64,000 bases of DNA from Eledone cirrhosa. Lineage: Eukaryota. A program made the position numbers and the translations under genes. How positions within the stretch are numbered: position 1 is the first letter of the stretch; each line of letters opens with the position of its first letter. The stretch spans positions 304,420,001 through 304,484,000 of the forward strand of contig OZ024741.1 in the NCBI GenBank assembly GCA_964016885.1, written 5' to 3'. Positions 12,450 to 47,893 of the stretch are shown piece by piece. Below the pieces are notes generated by a model. The model saw only the letters and a program-made list of their open reading frames with translations. It was not told the origin of the DNA and ran no database searches.

Positions 12450-12720
12450 TAGTAATTTTTGAGATAAGCCAACCCACTCACAGCATTACTGTGGGTGATA
12501 GCAAGACTGAGACTCCGGAATAGCCAATCACCCTCTAAAAGAACAGTTTCCTGGTAATTTGGAATTTTATTCCATTTGGCTACAGATGTAGTGACTCTAA
12601 CCTTTACTGCAGCATCCAGGATGTGGGAAGAAGCAAAAGAGTCATTAACAATAATGTCCCAAAATGAGACATCTACCATAAACTAACACATATGGACTTC
12701 CTAGAAATAACAGCAAAATC
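12450..12720 (-). mobile_element. Degenerate CRE-like non-LTR retrotransposon C-terminal (restriction-like endonuclease) fragment
   Basis: WDIIVNDSFASSH...WLFRSLSLAITHSNAVSGL resembles the WDxTxxDT.A.SH...FLFQRLSVAIQRGNAASVL end of CRE-type ORFs; related copy at 19300-19480. Confidence 0.5.
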
Positions 12721-13481
12721 TGTGGCATAAAAAGAGAGTGAGAGAGAGTCATATCTTTCTCTTCTGCCATCTCCCCTTAACCCAGAGAGGACTCTCCTGT
12801 TGGAATAATAACTGGCACCTTCGCTTGTGCTGCTCTCACGAAAATGCACCAAATACACCTTGTAAGGTGGTTGGTGATTAGAAGGACACCCCACTATAGA
12901 AACCATGTAAAAAAACTGGGGCATTGAAAGAGAGAGAAAGAGAGAGGGGGGCAGAGCAGACATAACAATGCATGGAACTATGTGGAAGAATTTAAATGAT
13001 TCTCTTGCTGATTAGACAAGCATACTAATTAACCATTACACTACAAACACCCCCATTCCTTTGACCTCTTTGAATAAAGCCACAATGGCAGGAAAAGGTA
13101 ATTCTGAAAATAAATAAAATAAAGTAACAAATAATTAAATCGACCATGTTATTCAGTTTCACAAAGATGAGTTTTCAATATTCATGAGGAATTGTTATCA
13201 GAACTTTAATCTAATAATTTAGTTTCAGAACAATGCCTAGCTTTCAAATATCTGTCATTTGTACATTTGTTCATGTCACCTACATGCAAATGAGCCATCA
13301 AAAATGCATTCAATGACAGAGAAAGGTTTATTAAACTGTTAAAGTAGTAGTATTTTTATCACATATTCTCGGATCTCAAATAATAGGGGGTGTTGGAATA
13401 AGTGAGGGGGTTGGAAAATCAGTAAGCTAAAAATGTACTTGGGTACTAACTAGGATTTTGACATAAAGGTTTTATTTCTTC

Positions 13482-14567
13482 TTGGTTAGATGTGGTCACC
13501 GTTTGCTAGACGCGTGTTCCTCCAGCTGTCTCCTTGACGGAGCTGCAGTCCTGGGTCAAGCGAAGACCGAGAGGGAGCGCTTGGAGACTGGAATGTCTTC
13601 AGGCGCTCACAGCCCTCGACCAGTCAGGAAATGCGATCGGTGGAAACTCCACCTTGGCGTTCTATAGAGGATTAGTGGAGGGGAAGAGTGATGATGTACT
13701 TGGGGAAACTCTGGGCGTCAACAAAAATCAACTAGCCAATCTCTTCAGGAGAACTTTCGGGCCGGGGACTATGGACAACTTCCAGAAATCCTTGGCCTGG
13801 CAGTGCTACCGAGGAGCTTTGCCAGTTTGGGATAAACTCTACAGGCATGGAAGTGCCATCAGCCGGGCATATCCGAGATGCGCACAAGGCGACAAAACCA
13901 TCCTGCACGCACTAGTCCAGTGTCCGAGCATTAATGACTTGTGGGTTTATGTCGAACATCTGCTGTCACGTGTAAGACAGATCCAGCTATTAGCTGAGTC
14001 CATCGTGAGGATTGCCCCGCCGTCTTCCTTTAACCGGGAAGGGCAGGCAGTTTTTATCTGTCTGGTGGCCATGGCAAAAGAGATAATGTGGTGGACGCGT
14101 TTGAAAGGGCTGAAGATGAGCACTTACCTCTTCGGTGATGCCCTGATTAACTTTCTCAAATTTTATTTGAAAAGGAAAATAAGAGTAGAGAGGGAAGTGC
14201 TCTCTTCCCAGCATTTTGTTGAAAGATGGGTGAAAGAAGCAAGAATGGCCCGAGTGAATGGGCCTACTCTGAGTATTTGTCTGTAAATTAAAGGTCGAAA
14301 ACTGGGAGAGGGCACTTGCCCTGGTGGTCAGGGTCACTGTGGCCTTTTACTGGGCTTTCTCCATAAATGTCCCTCGGAAGTCCCCCCCCCCCCCTATTGG
14401 GGAATTTTTCATTGTTATTTTTTTGTTACATCCTCTGTTTTTGTTTTTTACACGCAGAAATGCCCATTTGTACCGTCCTGTATTGTCCTGTACTGTCCTT
14501 AATGTCTACTTTATGTAAACCCTTGTGGATAATAAAGAAAGCATTATTATTATTATTATTATTATTT
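13482..14567 (+). mobile_element. 5'-truncated Tx1-clade LINE, sister subfamily (copy C) with (TTA)n tail
   Basis: ORF 13534-14286 is homologous to the ORF2 C-terminus of copy A (MDNFQKSLAWQCYRGALPV, WWTRLKGL); 3' end GTGGATAATAAAGAAAGC(ATT)n. Confidence 0.85.
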
Positions 14568-14655
14568 TAACTGTCTTCTTAGTTCTTGTTTATTCAGAAA
14601 TTACTTTGTTGTAACAAGATAAACTTCTTCCTGTTTATCTATTTGCCATTTGGAG

Positions 14656-14702
14656 GAAGAAGAAGAAGAAGAAGAAGAAGAAGAAGAAGAAGAAGGAGGA
14701 GG
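14656..14702. repeat. (GAA)n/(GGA)n microsatellite
   Basis: Seen directly. Confidence 0.95.
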
Positions 14703-16919
14703 AGCAGGAAGATCTTCATCAGTTCCCATGATAAGTGTTCCAGTTGTTTGAACAACAGAACAACCTGCCTGTGAAATTAACATACAAGTGACTGGGCATT
14801 CCACAGTCACGTGTACTCTTAACTGTGGGAGATTCAATGTGACACAGTGTGTGAGAAGGCTACCCCTTTGAATTACAGGTACAACATATTTCTGCCAGCA
14901 GAGTGGACTAGAACATGAAATATGGTGTTTTTCTCAAGGATACAACACACTGTTGGGAGTCGAACACATAAACTTACAGTCATGAGCCAAACACCTCTAA
15001 CCACTAATACATGCACTTTCACAATCTACCATATAACGGTTTCGAATTTAGGCACAAGAGCAGTAGTTTAGGGATAGGTCAAAATCAATTATATCAACCC
15101 CAGTACTTGACTGGTACTTTATTTTATTGACCCTGGAAAGATGAAAGGCTAAGTTGGCCTAGGTCAGTTTTGAACTCAGAACATAAAGGGCAGTAACTAA
15201 ATGCCACAAAATATTTATCTGATGCTATAATGATTCTGTCAATTCAATGACCTTCAATTTAGCATACTAATAAATATTTTCAATGTAAATACGACAACAA
15301 ATTTTCTTTTACTCTTGAGTCTCGAATACCCCCACCCCCTCTACCCAATTCTTAATTTTTCAGATTTTTTTCGAACAAATACCCACTCTTATTCCAATCC
15401 CCCCACTTATTAAATTTTGCTAATCTATCCCCAGTGAAATTTTATTTTGACTGGTACCATTCCTGCAACACTTAATTTTCTTTATACATTAAAAACATTA
15501 TACTTGACAAAAAAGTACATTACTAGAATTCCCATTTGATTATTATATTATAAAATCCCACCGAGGGTAACTTTACCTTTCATCCTTACGGGGTAGATAA
15601 AATAAAGCACCAGTAATGCACAGGGATAATTGCTGCCCTTGTGCCGAAAGTATAAACCCTTATTATATTATAAAATAAATAGTATTGATTGGGGTCTGAA
15701 TACGTAAACTAAACCACTAATTCTGGTTTTTTTTAAAAATCAACTGAGATAACCTAAAAAAAATCCTGGTGTAGCTGCTGCAGCGTGTGTTGTTGGCCCT
15801 TCTCTACAGAAATGACTTTGCCATTTTGTCTGCAGGGCACATCTGAAACACCACTCTAACCTAGGTGTAGAATCTGTCACTCTCTCCCCTTCCCTCTTTC
15901 TTTCTTCCTTGGTCAAGTAGTCCTTGCTCTTCACCTCCTTTTCCTCTCATTTATGGCATTTATAGTCCTTTCCAATACTGCTTTCTTTCTCTGTATGTTT
16001 AACCAAATAAAAATTACATTTTTTACTTTTAAAAAAAGTTATTAACTCAATATATAATTTAAAAACACAAATTTCTCATTTGTATATTTGCAACTGAATG
16101 TTATCAATTGAAATAATACTATAAAATTCTCATAATAAAGTAAGGAGAGAAATTTTACAAAACTAAAAAAATGCCCTTCAAGCGATATTTTCCCCATATT
16201 AGTTAAATACTTGAACCTTGATATAATAGATAAATAAATGATGTTTTCATTCACTACAGGTGCATTTGGTTAATATGATTTGTAATATCGCTCACACTCA
16301 AACACTTCAAATATATTAATCCTTTTGATACTAAACCAAATATATTAACCCTTTTGATACTAAGCTGCCTAAAACTATTTCTGTTTCTATGATACAAAAC
16401 TGATTGTTTTAAAGTGTTTATATATATCTAAAAACCTTTCATCATAATTTTATGCAAAATCCTTTGTTAAGTTATGTTCCAAACATCAGCTAATTAATGA
16501 CAAAGTCTCTCCAAATTCTTGATTATTTTCAAATTTTTTGTAAATCATATGCAGCTTTAACAAGAAGATTGGTTGATGTATATATATTTATTTTAAAAGG
16601 AGCCTTTCATACTTAAATACTCCTCCGTCTTAACAGAATTAATAATCACCAGTTTAGCAGCAGAGTTATAGAAGTAGTAATGTAATAATTATAGCGCCAT
16701 GAGTAACCAGTTTGGTAGAAAGATATGATAGGAATATCGACAACGACTTTAGCATGTTTTACATTATTTATTAACAAAGGTTGAGCTGAGTAGAGCTGAG
16801 TAGAGCTGGTATGCCAAAATGAAACAAACGAATTAAGATTTCAGAAGGTACTGTCTACTGGCTGAAGTGTTGCCAGCCCGTGGTTAAATTGTTGTGTTAC
16901 ATATTGGCTAGTGATTTCA

Positions 16920-17125
16920 CGGCGAAAGAAAAGTAGTTGTTTACCTTAGCGCGGTCGAGCTGCAAGAAAATCGACGCAGGAATTTCTCAAGCGGGGCGCA
17001 TAGAAATACATTCTATCACGTCGGCGGCGATTGGCTGGGCTGAGCCAAATAACGCACGGAAAAGGTATATGAGCCCACGGAATGTAGGTCACTACACAGT
17101 GTATTTGATTAGAAATTTGGTAAGG
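16920..17125 (+). promoter_or_regulatory. Candidate FTCD promoter and first exon
   Basis: Local CpG-rich patch in AT-rich DNA, reverse CCAAT (GATTGGCTG near 17030), TATA-like TATATGAG near 17066, and a strong donor TTG|GTAAGG at 17119/17120, about 5.3 kb upstream of the FTCD ATG exon. Confidence 0.45.
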
Positions 17126-17369
17126 AAAGGGTTAAATAATAAATATTTATGGAGAACATAGCATATATTTGAATGAAAAATTGAAAAATGGAAGGGCATG
17201 GGTATGGCCCTTCCCTTCCTGACTGGGCAGCAAAAAAAGATATTTCTAGATAGTCACTTTTAGTAAGAAAATATTATTTCTATTTATTTTACAGAAACCA
17301 AAGTTGGATTCAATAATTGTTTTTTTGTTTGTTTTTGTTTTTTGTAAATTATATAATCTAATATTAGTG

Positions 17370-17710
17370 TGCATGAAAAATGGGGTATGGATTAACTGGA
17401 AGAAAATCTGGGTATAAGAGGAATCAGATGTAGTGTGCAAGAGAGAAGGCTGTACTTGTATGGGCATGTGATGTATATGGATGATGACTGTCGGGTAAAG
17501 AATCGTGAAGAGATCCTAGTGGAAGTAGAGGAAGACTGAGAAAAACCTGGGCAGAGGTGGTTAGAGTTGATCTCAAAATGTTGAACCTCACAGTGGAGAT
17601 GGTGATGAAAGAATACTACAAGTAGAGGGAGGGTATGCTGGAAAGGACTTGTCCAACCCATGGAAACATGGAAGAGCATGGAGGAGAATAATGATTATGA
17701 TGATGATGTT
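17370..17710 (+). mobile_element. Degenerate RTE LINE 3' fragment
   Basis: KNLGIRGIRCSVQERRLYLYGHVMYMDDD..., homologous to the 3' end of the RTE at 49704-52146; (ATG)n tail. Confidence 0.65.
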
Positions 17711-18367
17711 TTGTGAAAGTAAAAAATCAATAAAAAAAACATTCAGAAAGAAAAGAAAACAAAGAATGAGAGGTAAAATTGATCTTGTCGGAATTTGAAC
17801 TCAGAACTCAGAGGGCCAGGGCAAATATAACAAAGCATTTGTCTTACAGTCACCTCTCTCTTCTAGATGAATAATAAAACATCTAATTTATTCTAGAACA
17901 AAGATAAAGACTTCCTTCAGTCCGGGCAAAGTTGTTTATAGAAGAAAGTCATCCATACATACCAGTCTCCCCTCTCCATGTCACCAATGTTGTCCAATGG
18001 AAAGGCTGATACAACTCAACACCAGTGATGTCACAACACATTTCTACAGCTGAGTAAACTGGAGCAATGTGAAATTGTCTTGTTCAAGGTCACAATGCAT
18101 CACCCGGTCTGAGAATCAAACTTACAGCCTCATGATTGCAAGCCCAACGCTCTAACCACTAAGCCATGTGCCTTCACTCTTTTCTATTCTAGAATATATA
18201 CTTAATATTCATGATGGGGAAATTTTATAATTTTTGTTGGTGTAATCAGCATATACAAAAATTTAAATCATAAATAAATAAGAGTGCAATATTTTTTTAT
18301 TGAAAAAATCTTACTTTTTTATCTGATCTATTTACTGAAGAATATATGTACTCTTGATAATGTGTCT

Positions 18368-18730
18368 ACTCTTGGGTCTCAAAAAGAAGGGCAGTTGGAA
18401 TAAGCGGTGGGGTGGGATAAAGGGGTGGAGGAGTTGAAATAAGTGGAAAATCAGTAAATTTTCTAGGTTGTCTCCGTTGATTTATTTTTTAAATCAGAAT
18501 TAGTTGTTTAGTGTACATAGAGACCCCAACCCATCCTATTTATTTTATAAGGTATGGGGTTTCTAGTAATGTACTTCTTTTGTCATGTATAATGCTTTTT
18601 AATGTATAAAGAAAATTAATTTTGTAGGAATGCTACCTCTTAAAATGAAATTTCACTGGAGATAGATTAGCAAAATTTAATGTGTGTGTGTATGTTTGAG
18701 GGAAGGTCTGAAAAATTAATAAGTGGGAGG
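18368..18730 (+). mobile_element. Non-autonomous DNA transposon (MITE-like) fragment; relatives at 13365-13430, 15310-15745 and 26820-27239
   Basis: Shared terminus TACTCTTG(G/T)GTC(T/C)CAAA..AGGGG..GTTGGAATAAG and shared internal blocks in both orientations. Confidence 0.55.
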
Positions 18731-19654
18731 ATGGACACTTGAGTGTATATGGAATAGCCAAAAAAATGGTTGCAAAGGTTAAAATTGGTTTAAGAATATA
18801 TTCCCCAAGTGATGCTCCTTGTAATTCTTAATGTCCTGTACTATATGAGACTGCATTAACAGGACATTCTTGAAAAATCCAAAAGAGCTCTATGACTGCA
18901 TCACATTAAAAATTAAGGCCTTGTATCTATTATTACAAATTTTCACAATATGTCCATTAATAAATATAATATAAACATTTGAATTCTATCTGACCTAATA
19001 ATTCTGCCAAAATCGCCACACTAAATCATTTTATTTTTTAAGAACGTGTAAAAATCTCTTTATTACAGCTGTATAAATATCATTACAAATTCTTTATAAT
19101 TCTTACAAAATGAAAATATAAACACATACAATGAATCAATTAATTATTCTGAGGAACCTCGCAAATATAATACACAAAAATATATGATCAAAGTGAGAGA
19201 AAAAGGAATGAAAAAACAAATAAACAAACAAAAACAACCATCAATTCACCACCAAGTGTGACAATCGGTTGCACAACACATCACAAGGGTCAACGGAACA
19301 TTTTGAGGCAAGCCAACACGCTTGCCGCATTACTGTGGGTGATGGTGAGGCCAAGGTGTTGAAACAAACATTCACTCTTACAAGCATCACCTGACATCTT
19401 GGTAAGATGAGCTGCCTACAATGACATTGCAGTTATCCCTCACTCAGGAAGACACCTTCATCCACTTGCTTTGATGGGTAGACAAATATGATTGCTAATG
19501 TCTTATCAAACCACAACAAGCTACATTTGTATTTGAAGCATGTAATAAACACAGCTGTAAATCTTAAGATTAAAAAGGTATATTAGCTCATACAGATCAA
19601 ATAAAAATTCACTCAAATATTGATAATGAACAAAATACAGAATTAATCCCTTAA

Positions 19655-20226
19655 CCCATTAGCATTTAAACTAGCTTATCCAGCCAGAATTCTCTCACCT
19701 CTTTCTGTTCAAACTGGCCGTAACTGGCTGTTCATACTTATGTTAAGGTAGTGTCATCATCATCATCATCATTTCATTTTACGTCCACTTTTCCCTGCTT
19801 GCAAGGGTGGGACGGGAACTGATATTCTGGCTTGATTTCTACAGCTGGATGCCCTTCCTAACACCAACCTCATTTACAGTGAGTGCTGGGTGCTTTTTTG
19901 CTGTGACACCTCCACGACCACTTTTGCAGTGGAATGATATGGACCCCAGTCCCTATCATCTCATTTCTACAGCTGCGTAAACTGGAGCAATGTGAAATAA
20001 AGTGTCTTGCTCAAGGAAACAACACATCACCCGGTCTGAGAATTGAACTCACAACCTTTTGATTGCAAGGCAAATGCTCTAACCACTAAGCCATGAGCCT
20101 CCATGTGTTCAAAATAAATAATATCAAAATCTCGTAGATTCAATATTATGTGAGATAATTATGTAAGATAAAACCTGTACCACAAAAATACAATAGTATA
20201 TATAGAGTAATGTAAATGCTAAAGGG
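19655..20226 (+). mobile_element. piggyBac-type MITE interrupted by a SINE
   Basis: TTAA-CCC(A/T)TTAGCATTT ... AAATGCTAAAGGG-TTAA; body matches 23564-23784 once 19755-20104 is removed. Confidence 0.75.
19755..20104 (-). mobile_element. tRNA-derived SINE with RTE-derived 3' tail (copies at about 39998-40385 and 40908-41218)
   Basis: Head TGGAGGC.CATGGCTTAGTGGTTAGAGC...GAGTTCAATTC (A/B boxes), central CCTTGAGCAAGACACTTTATTTCAC, tail CTTGCAAGCAGGGAAAAG..GACGTAAAATG(ATG)n. Confidence 0.8.
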
Positions 20227-22456
20227 TTAAGCTTTGAATGATGTTTATTAATAAAGATGTGTGTGTGTGTGTTTGTATATATATAGTTGTGTGAATTGTT
20301 TTTAGCCAAATCACTAAATCTGATGACCAGATCAATACTTGATTCAGGTGTATTACATCCATATGGACCTTGAGCCAATCATCTGTGAAATGTATGTAAT
20401 GATCGATGATAAATAAAAACATTGAAAGGGAAATTTTTTCGTGTTAAACTTAATATATATATACAACTCAGAAAAATGATACAGTACAGTAAAGATGCAT
20501 ATGTGACATTAATGCTTAATATAGTAGAAAAATAATCTATCTCTCTCTCTCTCTAAAGTCTAAAGTCTGTCTTAAGTCAGAAGGCTCATTTGGCTGATGC
20601 TTATCCCGGTTTTATGGCGTGAAGCGACTGAGAGTACAAGACTCCCCCCCCCCCCCTGGACAGGACGCTAGTCCATCGCAGGGTTAAACTCCCAGCTACT
20701 GCTGGTACTCATTTTAAGCTGAGTGTACTGGAGCAATGTGAAATAAAGTGTTTTGCACAAGAACACAACACGCAACCCAGGAATCAAACCCATGACATTA
20801 TGATCGTAAGTCCAACACCCTTACCTCTAGGCCACATGCCTCCACATATACATATATATATATATTCCACTATACCCCCTTCCATACACCCCCACACTTC
20901 TGCCCATATTACCCTTACACTGTAAAGTTATATTGGTATCCCAAAAAATGCCTAGCCCACACTATAAATTGGTCATGTAGGTGTCACGACAAAAAGCACC
21001 CAGCCCGCACTGTAAAGTGGTCATGTAGGAGACACGACAAAAAGCACCCAACAGGCACTGTGAATGTGGTTGACATTAGGAAGGGCATTCAGTCATAAAA
21101 ATCTAGCCAGAAACGGTCTTATATGAGCAAGACACGGTCACCCTTCCCAACTTGCCTCTAATGGAAAAAACCTGTCTAGCCCATGCTAGCATAGAAAATG
21201 GATATTAAACGATGATGATGATATATATAATTATTACATTAGGTATAGATAGAAGTTGAAGTTGCAATAGAGCAGAAACCAATCAAATTATTTGGAGCAG
21301 TCACAAAGGACTCAATGGTGCAAAAAGTTAATAAATTTGTCAACCAGGGTTAACACATAAAGTTACATGAGGGTGACACTATGAATATAATGATTAGTTG
21401 TATGTAGTTATAGTATATTACCACAACAACGACAAATGCCAACAGATAAGTACACAGACCATCATCATCATCACCAAAAGAATAAATACTTGGACAATGT
21501 GGGGGAATGCTCTCTGATATGTAGAATAACATATTCTGAAATATCTTCCCTGTCAATCCCAAGTATCTGCCAATTACACCAAACTACATTTACTCACACT
21601 CCATGTTCAAAACAGTCTTGCTTTAACTTGCTACATCTGTAAGTTATTCCGTGATCTTCTATCCAGTCCTTTCACCAGGTTTTGTGTGTGTGTGTGTGAT
21701 ATGGGGGTGGTGGTGCTCAAAAACATTCTGGGAGGGCAGTTGAATTTGCAATAATTCTATGACAGAGTTTCAGAATTTTTGAAATCTGGGGGTACACCAT
21801 TGAAAGGTAGAAGGGGAGTGCCACCAAGTGCTCCCCTTTAGTAACAGGCACACTTCTGCCTAGGATATTGTATCAATTTTGTCCCTTTATTCTAGCCAGA
21901 CTTAGAACTACTCATCACCAAACTATGGATACAATTGGTAGGTCACTGATACTTTTTGGGCAGTAAACTGTTAAACTTGATCCCTGTTCTGTGGAATGTA
22001 ACACCCCTGGTGAATGGCATACCCTAAATGTAACAATTTTTACATTAAAATTCTAGTTTTCTAATGCTATTTCTAATAGTATTAAAAGTGTGTCAAGTAT
22101 TATCTTGTATAGGTATAACTATTTTTAAAAAAACATTAAAAAAACAAAGGACAGTCAGCTTTATCTTTATATTTAACTATCACTTGTTATTCTGAACTAA
22201 ACTGTATAGACTATATAGTTATTACGTTTGGTTTTTTTTGTCAGTTTATACTTAGTTGCATTAGCATGCATAGACATAGCTGGTTGATAAGTTAGTGGAT
22301 ATCAAATTTCTTAATTCAATCTGATTGGTCCATTATTAAAAGAATAATATATAGTAGTTTTATTTCAAAATTTATTGTCTCTTAGATCAGTGTTATCAGA
22401 AATATATCAAGCCCCTAGATAGGAACATCTCCTCCAACTGGATTCTAGGTAAAAAA

Positions 22457-44593
<22,137 letters not shown>

Positions 44594-45317
44594 TTTTACA
44601 TCTCTTCATCTGACAGGAAAATGGCAGCTTGTGTTCAGATTAAAGATTAATTAATGCTTTCAGTACCAAACTGCATCTGGTTCATACAAATCAATTTATA
44701 TTAGTGTTTATATTTATCTAAATAAACCTTCAATCATAATTGTATATAAGATCCTGTGTTATGTTCCAAACATCAGCTTAATAAGAAAGTTATTTTACGA
44801 AATTCCTTTAAATTCTTGGTTATTTTGAAAATTATTTGAAAACCATAGGGAGTGTTTTATTAGAAATATGTTAGCGAAATGTTTGGTTTGATACTTACAA
44901 GGTCAGATTAGCTAGCAACACTTGTGGATATTATTAAGGAGACCATTTAGCAAGAGATTACTGGACAAAGGTGAGAAGTCAAGCATAGAATATATGGAAA
45001 GAGACATAAATTGAAACTAAACTCACTAAAGAATATAAATAAGCTCAAACCACAAAAAAAGTAGTTATGAATTTTGAACTTTAGAGGTTTTATATTTGTT
45101 TTTTTCACCTTCAAAATAAAGAGATCAATAAATTTAATTAGAAATCAATATTTTTTTTTAAATTAAAATTATCTAATTTCCATTATTTTCTTTTTTTGTT
45201 TTACTTTTTATATCTTTTGTCTATTTTGTATCGGCATAGATAGGATGACAGGCACAACGTATGGGTTGTTTTTAGAGCTGGTAGTGCTAGTGCCACAATA
45301 AAAAACAGTCCACACTT

Positions 45318-45428
45318 TACAAGGGTGGGCTGAAAAGTTCATAGTCTGACTATGAAGGTGTGATGCTAGAGCTGTGAAATCTTGTATGCATTAATTTCAA
45401 CTCTTTTTATTAATAACTGCATTGTTAT
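45318..45428 (+). mobile_element. Mariner 5'-end fragment (TIR)
   Basis: TA-CAAGGGTGGGCTGAAAAGTTCATAG.CTGAC approximates the reverse complement of the TIR at 32393-32425. Confidence 0.7.
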
Positions 45429-47893
45429 TAAATCCTGCTGAGATCAACTTTGTCTTTCAACGCCAATCTAGGGTAGTGGACTGGCAAAATTGTTAGAGCT
45501 GTGTGGTATTTGTTTGCATTTTATATGTTGTGACAGAATTGTGTTTGCTACTGAGATCACTCACTGAAATGTCTATCTACCTAGCTATACTAAGCACCGT
45601 AGAAACAATTCATTACTGTATGCAATGGCTGTACAGTAAAATGTACTTTTGTAGTATTGATTGCAACTTTTAGCATAGAGAAGGCTGGGTCTGCCAAACT
45701 AATTTTCCCTAACTAGTTGGGGGAAGAAGAACAATACTCATAAACTTAGCATAATGATGCTAATGCAAGTATATCTATATATGTAACCAAAAATCCAAAC
45801 TTCCTGGATCAATCTAAAATAATAGTAACATTTTTTAAATTTCAATTTCAATATATTTTACAAAAATGGCATTTTTATACATTTTGAACACCATCTTTGA
45901 TCAAAACCTACCGTTGGCACTTCAAGTATCAAATGGTTTTTGAGTTGAAAACCATTATGTAATTAGGAAGCGACCTTAACTACAGAGGGTGAAAGAGTAA
46001 GAATGAGAGAGAAAGTGAAAGAGGACAGGGAAAAAAAAAAGGTGAGCTGAATAAGAGATAAAAACAAAAGGTATTTACATCTATATAATATATTTTATTG
46101 TTGAGAATAAACAACAGTTTGTTGTTCTTTTAATATATTTAATATACAATTTGCTAGAATACAAGTTGAAATAATTTCAGTGGCATATGTGTTGTTGTGG
46201 CAGTTACTGCTGCTACTGTTGTTGTTTTTGATCTTGTCTTTTGGTGCTGTTTTATAAAAAAAATGAGTCTGGTAGATGAAACAAATAAAATACGTGAATC
46301 TTCTCAGAATGAGGCAGAAGTGATAAAAGAGGTGGTAGGGGTGGTAAAATAAGGAAAAAGAACGAAAAGAAGCAGAATAAATATATGAAAGGAAAAAGAA
46401 GTGATTCAGAGAAAAGGAGGAGAGGATAGGTAGAGGAAAGAAAGAGCAAGAGGAGATAGGAAAGAGGGAGGTTAAAAATAGAGATATGTGGAGAGCAAGG
46501 ACGAGATAGGAAGAATAGAGTGAGGGTGGGAGAAATGTTTTTGAAAAATATTTTTAAAAAGTCAAGAAAGAAAGAGTAGAAAAGAGAGGGGAGAGAGAGG
46601 GAGGGAAAAATAAAAATAAAACAGGTATGTACAATATGTAAATACACACAGTTATGTACCCTCTCTGTTTCAATTACACAAGGTACATACATACACAAAC
46701 ACCCATTTACAAGCACAAAAGTGCACAACAAACATTTCATTTCTATGGAACACACATTTATTCACAGCCACTGTTTCTCTCTCACAGAAGTACACACACA
46801 CACTAAACACACAAACTTTCTCTCTCACATGCACACACTAAACACAGACTTTCTCTCTCACACACAAACACACTCTTTTTCTCTCTCACATGCTCATATA
46901 AATATATTCTTTTTCTCTCTTTGTTTCTCCACCCCTCATAGATATTCACAAACTACCCTATCCCACTCCACATACCATTAGGCACAAGTGTGTACAAGAG
47001 ACAGGCAGACATTGATTTCCAGTGCCAACCAAGAAATCTCCAAACCTCACACCTTGCCTTCTGATGAATTCAATATCACAGTAAACATGTAACAACAACA
47101 TAAGGTAGGCAAGGAGGAGGAGGAAGGTGGGAAGATGAGTGGAGATGAGAAGGAAGTGGACGGGGAGGGGGGCAGATGGGTGAAGAGGATGAGGAGGAAG
47201 AAGGGGATGAGAGAGAGACAAAGCATGGGAAGAGGAAGAGGCAGAGAAAAAGGATCAGGAAGATTAAGAATCAGGAAGATTAAGGCAATGGATGAAGAAG
47301 AGGCTGGCAGTAACGATTAGACAAAGTTTTTTCTAATTTTGGCATATGATTTCTTTTTGGTGGGTGGGGTCGATTAAAATTGACCCTAGTACTTTATTTT
47401 AACAAACTCTGTAGGATGAAAGGCAAAGTTGACCTCGGCAGGATTTGAAACCAGAATGTAAAAAGCTGGAACTAAATATTGCTAAGCATTTGTCTGATGC
47501 GCTTACAACCCTTCCAATCCATTGCTCTTTGCACCAACAGTAATAATTACAACACTAGCAGAGGTTTTTGTGAGGCAAGGTTTGAGGGGAGAAAATCTAG
47601 AGGGAAGAAGGGGGAGAGGGTATAAAGAAATTGAGATGTTGGGTGAATGGGTAGGGAGAATGACAACAATAGCACCACTGACGAAACAATTGCTGTAAGG
47701 AGAGTAGTGGTGGAGGTAGAGAGAGAGAAAAAGTATAAATTAATGTAATGAGGAACTGTAAGGACAAGGGTAGCAACAATAACACTAATACCAACAAAAA
47801 CAAGAACAACGTAGTTAACAACAACAGCAGCACTATCATCATCACTATGGCGAGCAAGAGCAGACAGCAACTGGTGTAGCAGTGAAGTCCAGG

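Noticed and set aside
12490-12545. OTU protease-like GDxLFRSLS motif
   Set aside because: No catalytic Cys, and the context fits the C-terminus of a CRE-type retrotransposon better.
15758-16010. Apparent segmental duplication with 23370-23560 and 39050-39170
   Set aside because: More simply dispersed fragments of one old repeat family; too degenerate to classify.
20030-20104. tRNA gene-like A/B boxes (also near 7480, 18100, 40310, 41150)
   Set aside because: Heads of SINEs that continue into shared SINE bodies; no intact cloverleaf seen.
46252-46755. 167-aa hydrophobic ORF
   Set aside because: Pyrimidine-rich low-complexity sequence in the presumed UBR3 3' UTR; no splice or homology support.
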